Assembly: GCA_046328535.1 (NCBI GenBank)
Contig: JAXLWJ010000017.1
Span: 26,993 to 90,992 of the forward strand
Direction of reading: 5' to 3'
Length of the DNA: 64,000 bases
DNA from: Anaerolineae bacterium
Lineage (GTDB): Bacteria; Chloroflexota; Anaerolineae; Epilineales; JAHCIE01
Below the pieces are notes generated by a model. The model searched no databases. It had not been told where the DNA came from and saw only the letters and a list, made by a program, of their open reading frames with translations. Below are positions 25,191-34,017 of this stretch, piece after piece. Made by a program: the position numbers and the translations under genes. Within the stretch, counting starts at the first letter, position 1. Each line of letters opens with the position of its first letter.

Positions 25191-26687
25191 ATGCGATACA
25201 CCCGTCTGGCCCTGGCGATCACCCTCGTCGGCCTCGCCCTGCGACTGTACCACGTTGATGCGCCAAGTTACTGGTTCGATGAGGGGCTGGAGATTCGACG
25301 CGCGCTAACGCCCTGGCCGCAAGTCGTGTGGCTGATTGACGGGCCGGACCCGCCGCTCTATCGCCTCTTGATTGCGCCGCTGGCTAGACTTTCGACGGCT
25401 GAGGCGCTGCTTCGCCTCCCATCCGCCCTGCTCGGCGCGGTGGCCGTGTTGCTGATGTATATCTGGTGTTCGGAGCTTGGGTCAAGGCGGATCGGGTTGG
25501 TGGCCGCTACGCTGCTCGCCATCAGCCCTGTCGCCGTCTATTACTCTCAGGAGGTGAGCCAGTATAGCGCCGTTATCTGCCTGAGCCTGGCGCTGTTGCT
25601 TGCCTTCGAGCGAGTGGCCCGGCGCAATCGTGTTCTAGACTGGGTGCTCGCAACCGTCGTGGCGATTGTCAGTCTGTATACCTACTATGGTCTGGCATGG
25701 CTAGTTCTTGTCCTTGAGGGCCGGCTACTCTTCGATACGTGGCGGCGGGGGGACAGCCGGCAGTGGCGGAGGTTGGTGGTCCATTACGCCGCTCTCCTGG
25801 CGCCGGTGGCAATTCTCGCGGCAACCTTTGCGCTCCCGCAGTACGCGGCCCAGACCCAGCTGCGCGGCGCTCACGCCGATAGTCCTTCGTTGTGGTCCAC
25901 CTGGCAGGTTGTCTGGCGCAGCTTCGCCCAGGATGCGTGGGACGGCGTCATTCGCTTTCAGACAACTGTCTTTAGTGACTCGCCGCAGATCATCTCCGTG
26001 GTTTTTGCCGCGCTGATTCTGCTCGGTGGAATCGTCGCCTGGCGGGCCAGGTATCGCTCTGTGGTCGGCGTTGCGCTGACGACACTGCTCGTCCTCTATG
26101 TTAGTGCGGCGGGCGGCTTATTCTATTTTGGCGGCCGCTATGCTCTGGCGCTGCTGCCGCTGCTCACGCTCTGTCTTGCCCTCGGTCTTGCTTCGCTGTG
26201 GCGCGCGCACCGGCTGCTGGGCCTGACCGCTGGCGCGTTCGTGGTCAGTGTCTGCCTAGCGTTCTCCCCGAATCTGTTCCTCTTCCCAAATCCCTGGTTG
26301 GAGATGCCGCGCGAGGAACTGCGCCCGGTCATCGCCTATGTCAACAGCCATGCCCAGCCGGACGATGAGATCTACGTCTACTATGGCGCTGTCCCCGCCT
26401 ATCGAATTTATGAGCCGCGGCCCACGCATCCCACAGCGTTTGGCAGCTGGTTTCGTGATTGGCCGCTCAATGCGAAGATTGGCGAAATCCAAAGTGACGT
26501 CGCGGGGCATGCGCGCGTGTGGCTGATCATGTCACATATCCACGAGGATGAGGATACGCAGCTGGTGGCGGGCTTCCAGGCCGCCCAACCAGCCTATGTC
26601 GTGCAGGAGGAGTTCGCTCGACACAACGCGCTGGCGGTTCTCCTGGAGCGCTCCCCTCTGACTGAGCAGGGGGCGAACGCCGAATGA
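25191..26687 (+). CDS. GT-C glycosyltransferase, family 39 / ArnT-PMT-like
   Basis: 498-aa ORF. MRYTRLALAITLVGLALRLYHVDAPSYWFDEG... Many TM helices and a C-terminal soluble domain. Confidence 0.75.
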   Translation: MRYTRLALAITLVGLALRLYHVDAPSYWFDEGLEIRRALTPWPQVVWLIDGPDPPLYRLLIAPLARLSTAEALLRLPSALLGAVAVLLMYIWCSELGSRRIGLVAATLLAISPVAVYYSQEVSQYSAVICLSLALLLAFERVARRNRVLDWVLATVVAIVSLYTYYGLAWLVLVLEGRLLFDTWRRGDSRQWRRLVVHYAALLAPVAILAATFALPQYAAQTQLRGAHADSPSLWSTWQVVWRSFAQDAWDGVIRFQTTVFSDSPQIISVVFAALILLGGIVAWRARYRSVVGVALTTLLVLYVSAAGGLFYFGGRYALALLPLLTLCLALGLASLWRAHRLLGLTAGAFVVSVCLAFSPNLFLFPNPWLEMPREELRPVIAYVNSHAQPDDEIYVYYGAVPAYRIYEPRPTHPTAFGSWFRDWPLNAKIGEIQSDVAGHARVWLIMSHIHEDEDTQLVAGFQAAQPAYVVQEEFARHNALAVLLERSPLTEQGANAE

Positions 26688-26739
26688 CATAGTGCTACGC
26701 AATCCCCTCGATTGCCGAGATTTGGCCCGGAGACACGCT

Positions 26740-27183
26740 ATGCCTGCCCAACCCACAATCCGCCGCGCGGTCCCCAGCGATGCCGCCGACATCGTCCGCC
26801 TCAACCTCGCGTTCAACGACCTGCGCACGACGGAAGACTACATCGCCGCGCAGCTTGCCGACGCCGCCCACGTGGAGCGGGTCTACGTCGCCGAGGTGGA
26901 TGGGCGGGTGGTGGGGCTGGCTTCGCTGCGGCTCTTGCCCCAGGCCCTCGACGCGGTCCCCTACGCTGAGTTGAGCGAGCTGTTCGTGGAGGACGCTTAT
27001 CGCCGGGGCGGGGTGGGCCGCGCGCTCGTGGGGCGCATCGAGGCGGAGGCGCGGGCGGCCGGGGCGCAGCAATTGGCGCTGCTGACGGCGTGGCGCAACA
27101 CCGACGCCCACGCGTTCTACCACGCCCTCGGCTACCGCCTCTACACCGTCACCATGCGCCGCGCGCTGGACGATGGCGAGTAG
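26740..27183 (+). CDS. GNAT family N-acetyltransferase
   Basis: ORF 26692..27183. ATG 26740. ...ELFVEDAYRRGGVGRALVGRIEAEARAAGA... Confidence 0.8.
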   Translation: MPAQPTIRRAVPSDAADIVRLNLAFNDLRTTEDYIAAQLADAAHVERVYVAEVDGRVVGLASLRLLPQALDAVPYAELSELFVEDAYRRGGVGRALVGRIEAEARAAGAQQLALLTAWRNTDAHAFYHALGYRLYTVTMRRALDDGE

Positions 27184-27271
27184 GGTTCATCGGCGTGGCC
27201 CCCCTCTGTTCCCCCCGCCAGCAGGGGGATGCCGGGGGTTGCTCATGGACTTGCGTCCAGCGCCCGACGGA

Positions 27272-27420
27272 TGAAAATACGCTGTCACCCCTTCGGCAGG
27301 CTCAGGGCAAGCTCCGAACGCGAGCCTGCGGACCACGAAGGTCACGAAAGGGCGCGAAAGGGACACGCCCGGCGACTCTTTTTCGCGTTTTTCCCGTTGT
27401 TTTCGCGCCTTTCGTGGTCC
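27272..27420. repeat. composite: family E module followed by a family A palindrome
   Basis: TGTCACCCCTTCGGCAGGCTCAGGGCAAGCTC, an inverted match to 14925-14956. Then GGACCACGAAGGTCACGAAAGGGCGCGAAAGG...CGCGCCTTTCGTGGTCC (27330-27420). Confidence 0.85.
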
Positions 27421-27441
27421 AACGACTTGTGACCCTCCCCC

Positions 27442-28464
27442 TTACCCGTACAGCCAGGTCAGGCCGTAGGGCAGGTCGAGCGCCCAGGCGGTGTAGTTGT
27501 GGCCCGCGTGGAAGGCGCGGTACTGGTACTCGTAGCCAGCCGCCTGGAGGGTGTCGCGCATGCGCATGTTGGGCTGGTGGAGCCACTCGTACTCGCCGAC
27601 GCTCATGTAGATGCGCACGGGCGGGCGGGGGGTCAGCTCGGCCAGGGTGAAGATCAGCTCGTTGCCGCGCCAGCCGAACGCGCCGGACTGGCTCAGGACG
27701 TGGCCGAAGAGGTCCGGCTGGCGCAGGCCGGCGAACAGCGACATCAGCCCGCCCATGCTCGCGCCGACGACGGCGTGGGCGCCGGGGGTGTCCACGAGGG
27801 GGATCCGCTCGCCGACCCAGGGCAGCAGCGTGTCCACGAGGAAGGTGAGGGTGGCTTCGCTGCTGGCGTACTCGGCGATGCGCGCCTCCGGGTGGTTGTT
27901 GACCATGACCGCGGCGAGGGGCGGCAGAGCGCCATCGGCGATCATGTTGTCCAGCAGGGTCGGCAGGAGGGCGCGCTCCAGGTAATCCTTGCCGTCGAAC
28001 ACGACGAGGAGCGGGTAGGGGCCGGGCGCGGCCGGCTGGTAGAGGGCAATGGCGCGGTGGCCGCCGGTCAGGGTCGGCGCGGGGATGTCCTCGCCGGTGA
28101 GCCGGCCGCCCGGGACGCCGGGACGCGGTAGATGCTGCGCGCCCTTGAACGTGTCAGGCATGGCGAAGTAGTTATTGATCGAGCCGATGCCGTTGGGCAT
28201 CAGGTAGCGGCTGAACGGGTCGCGCAGGCGGATGTCGCCGTCGAAGTAGCCGTACTCAAGGTAGGCGTCGTCGGGAAACTCGCGGCTATAGGTCCACACG
28301 CCGGGCGCCGCCGGCGTCAGCCGCCACGGCTCCGCGCCCGGCCACCAGCCCGTCATGTCGCTGCGGATGGCAGGCGCTGTCTCGCCGGCCCAGACGAATG
28401 TGACCGTGTCGCCGTCAATGAGAGGTGTGCCTTCGGCCCGCGCCCGGGCCAGCCAGTCGGTCAT
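27442..28464 (-). CDS. esterase (enterochelin-esterase-like alpha/beta hydrolase with an N-terminal beta-sandwich domain)
   Basis: ORF 27442..28518. ATG 28464. GxSxG nucleophile elbow VVGASMGG. Confidence 0.8.
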   Translation of the reverse strand: MTDWLARARAEGTPLIDGDTVTFVWAGETAPAIRSDMTGWWPGAEPWRLTPAAPGVWTYSREFPDDAYLEYGYFDGDIRLRDPFSRYLMPNGIGSINNYFAMPDTFKGAQHLPRPGVPGGRLTGEDIPAPTLTGGHRAIALYQPAAPGPYPLLVVFDGKDYLERALLPTLLDNMIADGALPPLAAVMVNNHPEARIAEYASSEATLTFLVDTLLPWVGERIPLVDTPGAHAVVGASMGGLMSLFAGLRQPDLFGHVLSQSGAFGWRGNELIFTLAELTPRPPVRIYMSVGEYEWLHQPNMRMRDTLQAAGYEYQYRAFHAGHNYTAWALDLPYGLTWLYG

Positions 28465-28541
28465 GTGCGCTCCTTGCGGAAATGAGAGGGCTGTCGTATA
28501 AAGCGCCCGTCTACGCAAGGATATTACTACGGGAGCCTCAG

Positions 28542-29207
28542 ATGCCCAAATTCATCCCCCTCACCTTCGAGAGCCTGCGGGCGGAGGACAGCCTGCGCCG
28601 CGCCGACGAGTTCTACACCCTGATGAGCCGCCGCCGAACGGTGCGCCACTTCGCCGCCGACCCGCTGCCGCCCGGTCTGCTGGAGACCCTGATCCGCACG
28701 GCCGGGACGGCGCCGTCCGGCGCGCACCAGCAGCCGTGGCGCTTCGTCGTCGTCACCGACCCGGCGCTCAAGCGGCGGCTGCGGGAGGCGGCGGAGGCGG
28801 AGGAGCGCGAGTTTTACGAGCGGCGCGCCACGGCGGAGTGGCTGGCGGACCTGGCGCCGCTAGGGACGGACTGGCACAAAGAATTCCTGGAGGTCGCGCC
28901 GGCGCTGGTCGTCGTCTTTCGGGTGGACTTCGAGCGCCGCGCCGATGGCAGCGTGCGCAAGCATTACTATGTGAACGAGTCGGTGGGGATTGCGGTGGGC
29001 CTGTTCCTGGCGGCGGCCCACACCGCCGGCCTGGCGACGCTGACGCACACGCCCAGCCCGATGGGCTTCCTGAACGAGCTACTGCATCGCCCGACCAATG
29101 AGCGCGCGTTCGTGGTCATCCCGGTCGGCTATCCAGCGCCAGACGCCCAGGTGCCCGACCTGGCCCGCAAGCCGCTGGCGGAGATTGTGCAGTACAACGA
29201 GGGGTGA
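28542..29207 (+). CDS. nitroreductase family protein (iodotyrosine-deiodinase/BluB-like subgroup)
   Basis: ORF 28425..29207. ATG 28542. RRTVRHF...APSGAHQQPWRFVVV. Confidence 0.8.
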   Translation: MPKFIPLTFESLRAEDSLRRADEFYTLMSRRRTVRHFAADPLPPGLLETLIRTAGTAPSGAHQQPWRFVVVTDPALKRRLREAAEAEEREFYERRATAEWLADLAPLGTDWHKEFLEVAPALVVVFRVDFERRADGSVRKHYYVNESVGIAVGLFLAAAHTAGLATLTHTPSPMGFLNELLHRPTNERAFVVIPVGYPAPDAQVPDLARKPLAEIVQYNEG

Positions 29208-29280
29208 GGGGAGTGGGAAAGCAAATCGCCGCCAGCGGGAAACGGCCCGTGGCGGCGGCGTGTTTTGTTGTCGGAGCGGA

Positions 29281-29442
29281 TTAGTGGAGCAGCGAGACGA
29301 CGACGGCCAGGAGGCCAGTGCCGCCGACGATGCCGGCGAGGGCCAGGAGCGCGCGGTTGGTGCCGGCGTTGCTCAGGACCGGCCGATCGTGGGGCTGGTC
29401 GTTGAAGGCTGGATAGTTCCGCTCGTTAGGATTGAGGCGCAT
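29281..29442 (-). CDS. 53-aa single-pass membrane protein (below the ORF-track cutoff)
   Basis: Own translation: MRLNPNERNYPAFNDQPHDRPVLSNAGTNRALLALAGIVGGTGLLAVVVSLLH. AAGGGAGA RBS 6 nt upstream. High GC3. Confidence 0.5.
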   Translation of the reverse strand: MRLNPNERNYPAFNDQPHDRPVLSNAGTNRALLALAGIVGGTGLLAVVVSLLH

Positions 29443-29465
29443 GACAAATCTCCCTTTTGATTGCT

Positions 29466-29598
29466 TGTTTGCACTTTGTGTCTGGTGGGGAGGCTTGGAG
29501 GGCGCAGCCCTCCAAACTACCCCCTTTCCCCTTCTTCAGTGGGGGTTCGTGGGGGCCGCAGGCCCCACACCCCGCTGCACAGCAAAGCGCAAAGATAG
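29466..29598. repeat. family D element, copy 2 (inverted relative to 5896-6051, ~23 bp shorter)
   Basis: TGTTTGCACTTTGTGTCTGGTGGGGAGGCTTGGAGGGCGCAGCCCTCCAAACTACCCCCTTTCCCCTTCTTCAGTGGGG...GCAAAGATAG. Confidence 0.85.
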
Positions 29599-29632
29599 TA
29601 AATGAACTTGCCGGGCGAAGGCCCGATGGATA

Positions 29633-30112
29633 TCACTCGATCGTCGGTCGAACGCTGGCCGAAGGAATTGTCTGAAGCTCTTTGACGGTGTGCAGCGCGA
29701 TCATTGTGATCGTCGTCGCGCCCGCCGCCGCCTGGCGGATCTTCATGATGGTCTGGTGCAGGTCCGTCGTGTCCGAGGCGCGCACGCGCATGATGTAGCT
29801 GTCCTCACCCGTCACGTCGTAGCACTCAAGGACGTTGGGGTGCTCGCGCACTGTCTCCTCGAAGTGGGCCGGGTCGGCCAGGCTGCTCACGCGGATGAAC
29901 GCCAGCAGCGGCTTGCCTACCTTGGCCGGGTCCACCGTCGCGGTGTAGCCGAGGATGACGCCGCGCTCTTCGAGCTTGCGCACTCGCTCGTACACCGACG
30001 ACGCTGTCAGGCCCACCGACCGACCAATCTCGGCGTGGCTCGCCCGGCCGTTCGCCAGGAGCAGGGCCACGATTTGCTGGTCAATGTCGTCGAGTACGCC
30101 GTACCTCTCCAC
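29633..30112 (-). CDS. Lrp/AsnC family transcriptional regulator
   Basis: ORF 29633..30208, likely GTG start at 30112 (159 aa). LDDIDQQIVALLLANGRASHAEIGRSVGLTASSVYERVRKLEERGVI. Confidence 0.8.
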   Translation of the reverse strand: MERYGVLDDIDQQIVALLLANGRASHAEIGRSVGLTASSVYERVRKLEERGVILGYTATVDPAKVGKPLLAFIRVSSLADPAHFEETVREHPNVLECYDVTGEDSYIMRVRASDTTDLHQTIMKIRQAAAGATTITMIALHTVKELQTIPSASVRPTIE

Positions 30113-30176
30113 AAACAATCCCTTTGTTCCACACGCTCTATGCCAACAATTATATGTCACAAAGCGTGTTTTGTCA

Positions 30177-30548
30177 TCATTCTTTTGGACGATTGACCCA
30201 TCCACCAAATTCAGACGCGCGAGCCTCGTCGTTCCTTACCTCCCGCTCATGGCGGCTCACGATGCGCAGTTTGCCGCGCATGCGGGCGCGGTGGGCGGAC
30301 TGGGGCGAGCTACCGATGATGAGCGGCGGGCGCGCCGTCTCGGCCGGCGGCAGGACGCCGATGATCTCGGCCAGGTCGGCCAGCTCCATAAACAGGCGGT
30401 AGACTTTCTGGGAAGCGTAGGCGGCGGCGGTGTGGCGCAGGCCGCGCTCGATGAGGTCGTCGTATGTCTGCTGCTCACCGCTGTCGGCGATGCGCAGGAA
30501 CATCATCTCGAGCTGCCTGCCGGTCGCAGGGGACTTGACGTTAGACAT
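30177..30548 (-). CDS. hypothetical protein, possibly a small HTH (LuxR/sigma-70-region-4-like) protein
   Basis: 123-aa ORF with consistently high GC3. TGRQLEMMFLRIADSGEQQTYDDLIERGLRHTAAAYASQKVYRLFMEL loosely fits an HTH pattern. Confidence 0.45.
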   Translation of the reverse strand: MSNVKSPATGRQLEMMFLRIADSGEQQTYDDLIERGLRHTAAAYASQKVYRLFMELADLAEIIGVLPPAETARPPLIIGSSPQSAHRARMRGKLRIVSRHEREVRNDEARASEFGGWVNRPKE

Positions 30549-30733
30549 AGGAGCTTCCTTCGCTGCGTTCTAGGGTCGGCAAAAGGACCGAATAAGAAGG
30601 AAGAAGCACGGCAACGAACATTCGTTCGCTTCATATTATAGCGCAACTCGCCGCTTGTGTCAAGAGTAAGGAACAAGGTGTTTCCCTTACAAAACATCCT
30701 CCAAATTGTTAAGAAAATTTGTTCTAAATGATA

Positions 30734-30762
30734 TTTACATTTGAGGTTATTTCTGATACAAT
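30734..30762 (+). promoter_or_regulatory. sigma-70-type promoter in a conspicuously AT-rich divergent spacer
   Basis: TTTACA (30734-30739), 17-nt spacer, TACAAT (30757-30762), ~50 nt upstream of ATG 30815. Confidence 0.6.
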
Positions 30763-30814
30763 GATTTGCACCGCGGTCAGATAGCATCGCACGTACCGCC
30801 TCAGGAGGGCAGAC

Positions 30815-31168
30815 ATGACGAACTCAATTTCGTGGGTCGAGATCGGGGGCAAGAATCCGTCGGAGTTGAAGGAGTTCTACGAGAAGGTGTTCGGGTGGAA
30901 GATGCAGCAGGCGCCCGGCATGGACTACCACATGAGCGGCCAGGGTGACATGGACCACGCCGGTCTCGGCATCGGTCCCGAAAGCCCGATGGGGCCGTAT
31001 GTGACCTTCTACATCGGCGTGGACGACCCCCAGGCGTACCTGGACAAGGCGGTGGCCGCCGGCGCCCACGTTGTCGCGCCGGTGACAGTCGTTCCCGACA
31101 TGGTGACGTTCGCCCTGTTCGCTGATCCTGAGGGCCACGTCATCGGCGTCACCAAGAATACGATGTAA
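30815..31168 (+). CDS. VOC (glyoxalase/bleomycin-resistance) family protein
   Basis: 117-aa ORF. ISWVEIGGKNPSELKEFYEKVFGW...ALFADPEGHVIGV. Confidence 0.8.
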   Translation: MTNSISWVEIGGKNPSELKEFYEKVFGWKMQQAPGMDYHMSGQGDMDHAGLGIGPESPMGPYVTFYIGVDDPQAYLDKAVAAGAHVVAPVTVVPDMVTFALFADPEGHVIGVTKNTM

Positions 31169-31424
31169 GGCGCGTCTGCGCCCCTCTCCCCAACCCTCTC
31201 CCACGGGGAGAGGGGGCCACTATACTGCATACTGGCGAAGTCTTGCCCCGGCCGGGGTAGCCTGGCCGGGGCCGCTTGTTTGGTATCGGAAACATTTGCC
31301 CGAAATTGGACAAGTAAGTACAATCATTGCTCATTACACCGACCGACCCTTTGCACCTTATCACGGTGGGGCCGGGTGTACCTGTTTCCGTTTACCCTAT
31401 AGTCATGCTTGTGGAGGAGACTCG

Positions 31425-33332
31425 ATGCACAAACCTACATTGAACCGTGTCGTGGTGATGGTCGGGGCGCTGCTCGCCCTCGTCATCATCGTTGCCGGCT
31501 GCGCCCAGGCGCCGGCAGCCCCCGCCCCGGCGGCTCAGCCGGCGGCGCCGACGGCCGCCGCCGCGGCCCAGCCGGCGGCGCCCACCGCTGCTGCGGCCGC
31601 TAAGGCCGCTGCGCCCACCGCCGCCGCTGCGGCGCCGACGGCCGTTGCGGCCGCCAAGGCCGCGGCGACCGCCGCTCCTGCGGCCGGCGCTGCTGCCGCT
31701 GGCGCTGGCCGCGGCAAGGGCGATGTCCTCAAGGTCCTGTACTGGCAGGCGCCCACCATCCTCAACCCGCACCTGTCCTCGGGTACGAAGGACTACCACG
31801 CTGCGAGCGTGACCTTCGAGCCGCTGGCCTGGATCGGCCCGGACGGCAAGCCGGTCCCCGCCCTGGCGGCTGAGATTCCGACGCGCGAGAACGGCGGCGT
31901 CGCCGCCGACGGCAAGAGCATCACCTGGAAGCTCAAGCCGGGCGTGAAGTGGTCCGACGGCACTGACTTCACCGCCGACGACGTGGTGTTCACGTACCAG
32001 TACTGCGCCGACGAGAAGACCGCCTGCGTCACCGCGCAGACGACGAAGGGCGTCGACAAGGTCGAGGCGCTGGACAAGAACACGGTCAAGGTCACCTTCA
32101 AGGAAGCGACGCCGAACCCCTACCAGATTTTCGTGTCCGACCTGGGCATGATCATCCAGAAGAAGCAGTTCCAGGATTACATCGGCGAGAAGGCGAAGGA
32201 TGCCCCCGGCAACCTCAAGCCCGTCGGCACCGGCCCCTACAAGGTGGACGACTTCAAGCCGGGCGACGTGGTCGTCTACTCAGTCAACGAGAACTACCGC
32301 GACCCCAACAAGCCCTACTTCAAGGGCGTCCAGATCAAGGGTGGCGGCGACGCCACGAGCGCGGCGCGCGCCGTGTTCCAGACCGGCGAGGCCGACTATG
32401 CCTGGAACCTCCAGGTGCCGTGGGCGGCGCTGAACCCGCTGGTCTCCAGCGCTGGCAGCAAGGGCGAGTTGGTGACGGCCCTCAGCTCGAACGTCGAGCG
32501 CCTGCTCATCAACTTTGCCGACCCGAACAAGGAAGTCAACGGCGCACGCTCCGAGCCGAGCACCAAGCACCCCATCCTGAGCGATCTCAAGGTGCGCCAG
32601 GCATTGGCCCTCGCTATTGACAACACCCAGATCGCCAACCAGCTCTACGGCAAGGCCGGCGCGCCCACGTGCAACATCGTCGTCGGCGTGCCAGACCTGG
32701 AGTCGAAGAACACGACCTGCGCCCAGAACATTGACAAGGCGAACGCCCTCCTCGACGAGGCCGGCTGGAAGAAGGGCGCCGACGGCATCCGCGAGAAGGA
32801 CGGCCAGAAGCTGAAGCTGGTCTATCAGACGACGGTGAACCCGGTGCGCCAGGCGACCCAGGACCTCATCAAGGCGCAGTGGGCGAAGATCGGCGTGGAC
32901 ACCGAGCTGAAGGCCATCAACGCCGGCGTGTTCTTCTCGACCGACGCGGGCAACCCGGACACGGCCAACAAGTTCTACACCGACATCGAGATGTACACCA
33001 ACAACTCGGAGCAGCCGGACTTCATCAACTACCTCGACGGGTGGACGACGAAGGAAATCTGCTCGCAGGCCAACCAGTGGCGCTGCACCAACCCGAGCCG
33101 CTACTCGAACCCTGAGTACGACAAGCTCATTGCCCAGCTCCGCACTGAGACCGACCCGGCCAAGCGCAAGGATATGGTGATCAAGGCGAACGACACGCTG
33201 GTCAACGACGTCGTAGTCATCCCGCTCGTCGCGCGCACGTCGCCGACCTCGGGCAAGGTCAAGGACCTCAAGGGTCCAACGCCCAACCCGTGGTCCTCGG
33301 AGCTGTGGAACATCGCCGACTGGTCGAAGTAG
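31425..33332 (+). CDS. ABC transporter substrate-binding lipoprotein, family 5 (peptide/nickel type), copy 1
   Basis: ORF 31296..33332. ATG 31425 after GGAGGAG. Lipobox IVAGC, Ala/Pro-rich linker, then LKVLYWQAPTILNPHLSSGTKD... Confidence 0.85.
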   Translation: MHKPTLNRVVVMVGALLALVIIVAGCAQAPAAPAPAAQPAAPTAAAAAQPAAPTAAAAAKAAAPTAAAAAPTAVAAAKAAATAAPAAGAAAAGAGRGKGDVLKVLYWQAPTILNPHLSSGTKDYHAASVTFEPLAWIGPDGKPVPALAAEIPTRENGGVAADGKSITWKLKPGVKWSDGTDFTADDVVFTYQYCADEKTACVTAQTTKGVDKVEALDKNTVKVTFKEATPNPYQIFVSDLGMIIQKKQFQDYIGEKAKDAPGNLKPVGTGPYKVDDFKPGDVVVYSVNENYRDPNKPYFKGVQIKGGGDATSAARAVFQTGEADYAWNLQVPWAALNPLVSSAGSKGELVTALSSNVERLLINFADPNKEVNGARSEPSTKHPILSDLKVRQALALAIDNTQIANQLYGKAGAPTCNIVVGVPDLESKNTTCAQNIDKANALLDEAGWKKGADGIREKDGQKLKLVYQTTVNPVRQATQDLIKAQWAKIGVDTELKAINAGVFFSTDAGNPDTANKFYTDIEMYTNNSEQPDFINYLDGWTTKEICSQANQWRCTNPSRYSNPEYDKLIAQLRTETDPAKRKDMVIKANDTLVNDVVVIPLVARTSPTSGKVKDLKGPTPNPWSSELWNIADWSK

Positions 33333-33344
33333 CAGTAAGCGAAT

Positions 33345-33825
33345 GAGGACGGCGCAGACTCGAAGTCTGCGCCTGGAAGGATGAAGCCTGCCGAGGCAGG
33401 CTGCGCCGGGGTGACCCGGGCCAGCAGCCTGCTTCGAGCAGGCTTCTCTCGTGGTTCGCCGACTTAGCGCCGGGTGCTGTCATGCCGAGAACTCCATACT
33501 ACAGGGTAGTATGCGCAAGGGAAGAAACTGGTCGCCTGTCGCTCTGAGCAGCGCGAAGAGCCTCCCGGAGCGCCGGGGGATGCTTCGTTGCCCTCAGCAT
33601 GACAGCCGGGCGTGAAGTTTCTGAGCAGCGTACCGAGGCATCTCGGCCGCCTGTCGCAACGCCCTGGTGCGTCGTCAAGGGACATGTTCGGCGTCGTGCG
33701 CCCGCGCGACGCTCGAAGCGTCGCGCTAGTGGCTGGAAGCCCGAGGGGCTGCGAGGGAGCCTCCCAGGCTTGCACTTTGTAGCCTGCCCGTTCGACGGGC
33801 CGGCGGGCCTGGGCCGCCTGTCGCA
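33345..33825. repeat. array of short hairpins plus family E modules between the two binding-protein genes
   Basis: GCGCAGACTCGAAGTCTGCGC, AGCCTGCCGAGGCAGGCT, AGCCTGCTTCGAGCAGGCT, GGGGGATGCTTCGTTGCCCTCAGCATGACAGCC, GCGCGACGCTCGAAGCGTCGCGC, and CCGCCTGTCGCAACGCCC twice. Confidence 0.8.
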
Positions 33826-33857
33826 ACGCCCCGGCGCATGACTCCGGGGCGTTTTTG
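33826..33857 (+). terminator. rho-independent terminator
   Basis: ACGCCCCGG / CCGGGGCGT 9-bp stem, 9-nt loop, then TTTT. Confidence 0.7.
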
Positions 33858-33876
33858 CGCATTTCGGAAGGAGCGT

Positions 33877-33905
33877 TTGACAACATCCGACAACTCTCAT
33901 AGAAT
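33877..33905 (+). promoter_or_regulatory. near-consensus sigma-70 promoter for binding-protein copy 2
   Basis: TTGACA (33877-33882), 17-nt spacer, TAGAAT (33900-33905). Confidence 0.7.
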
Positions 33906-34017
33906 TGCCGTCCATTACGGAATGGCTCCGGAATAAGAGGCCTCGACGAGGAGGCCTGGCCCTCGCTGGCTGCCGGTGTCCCCCGACATCACTGACAGAC
34001 AACATTCAGGAGGACCC

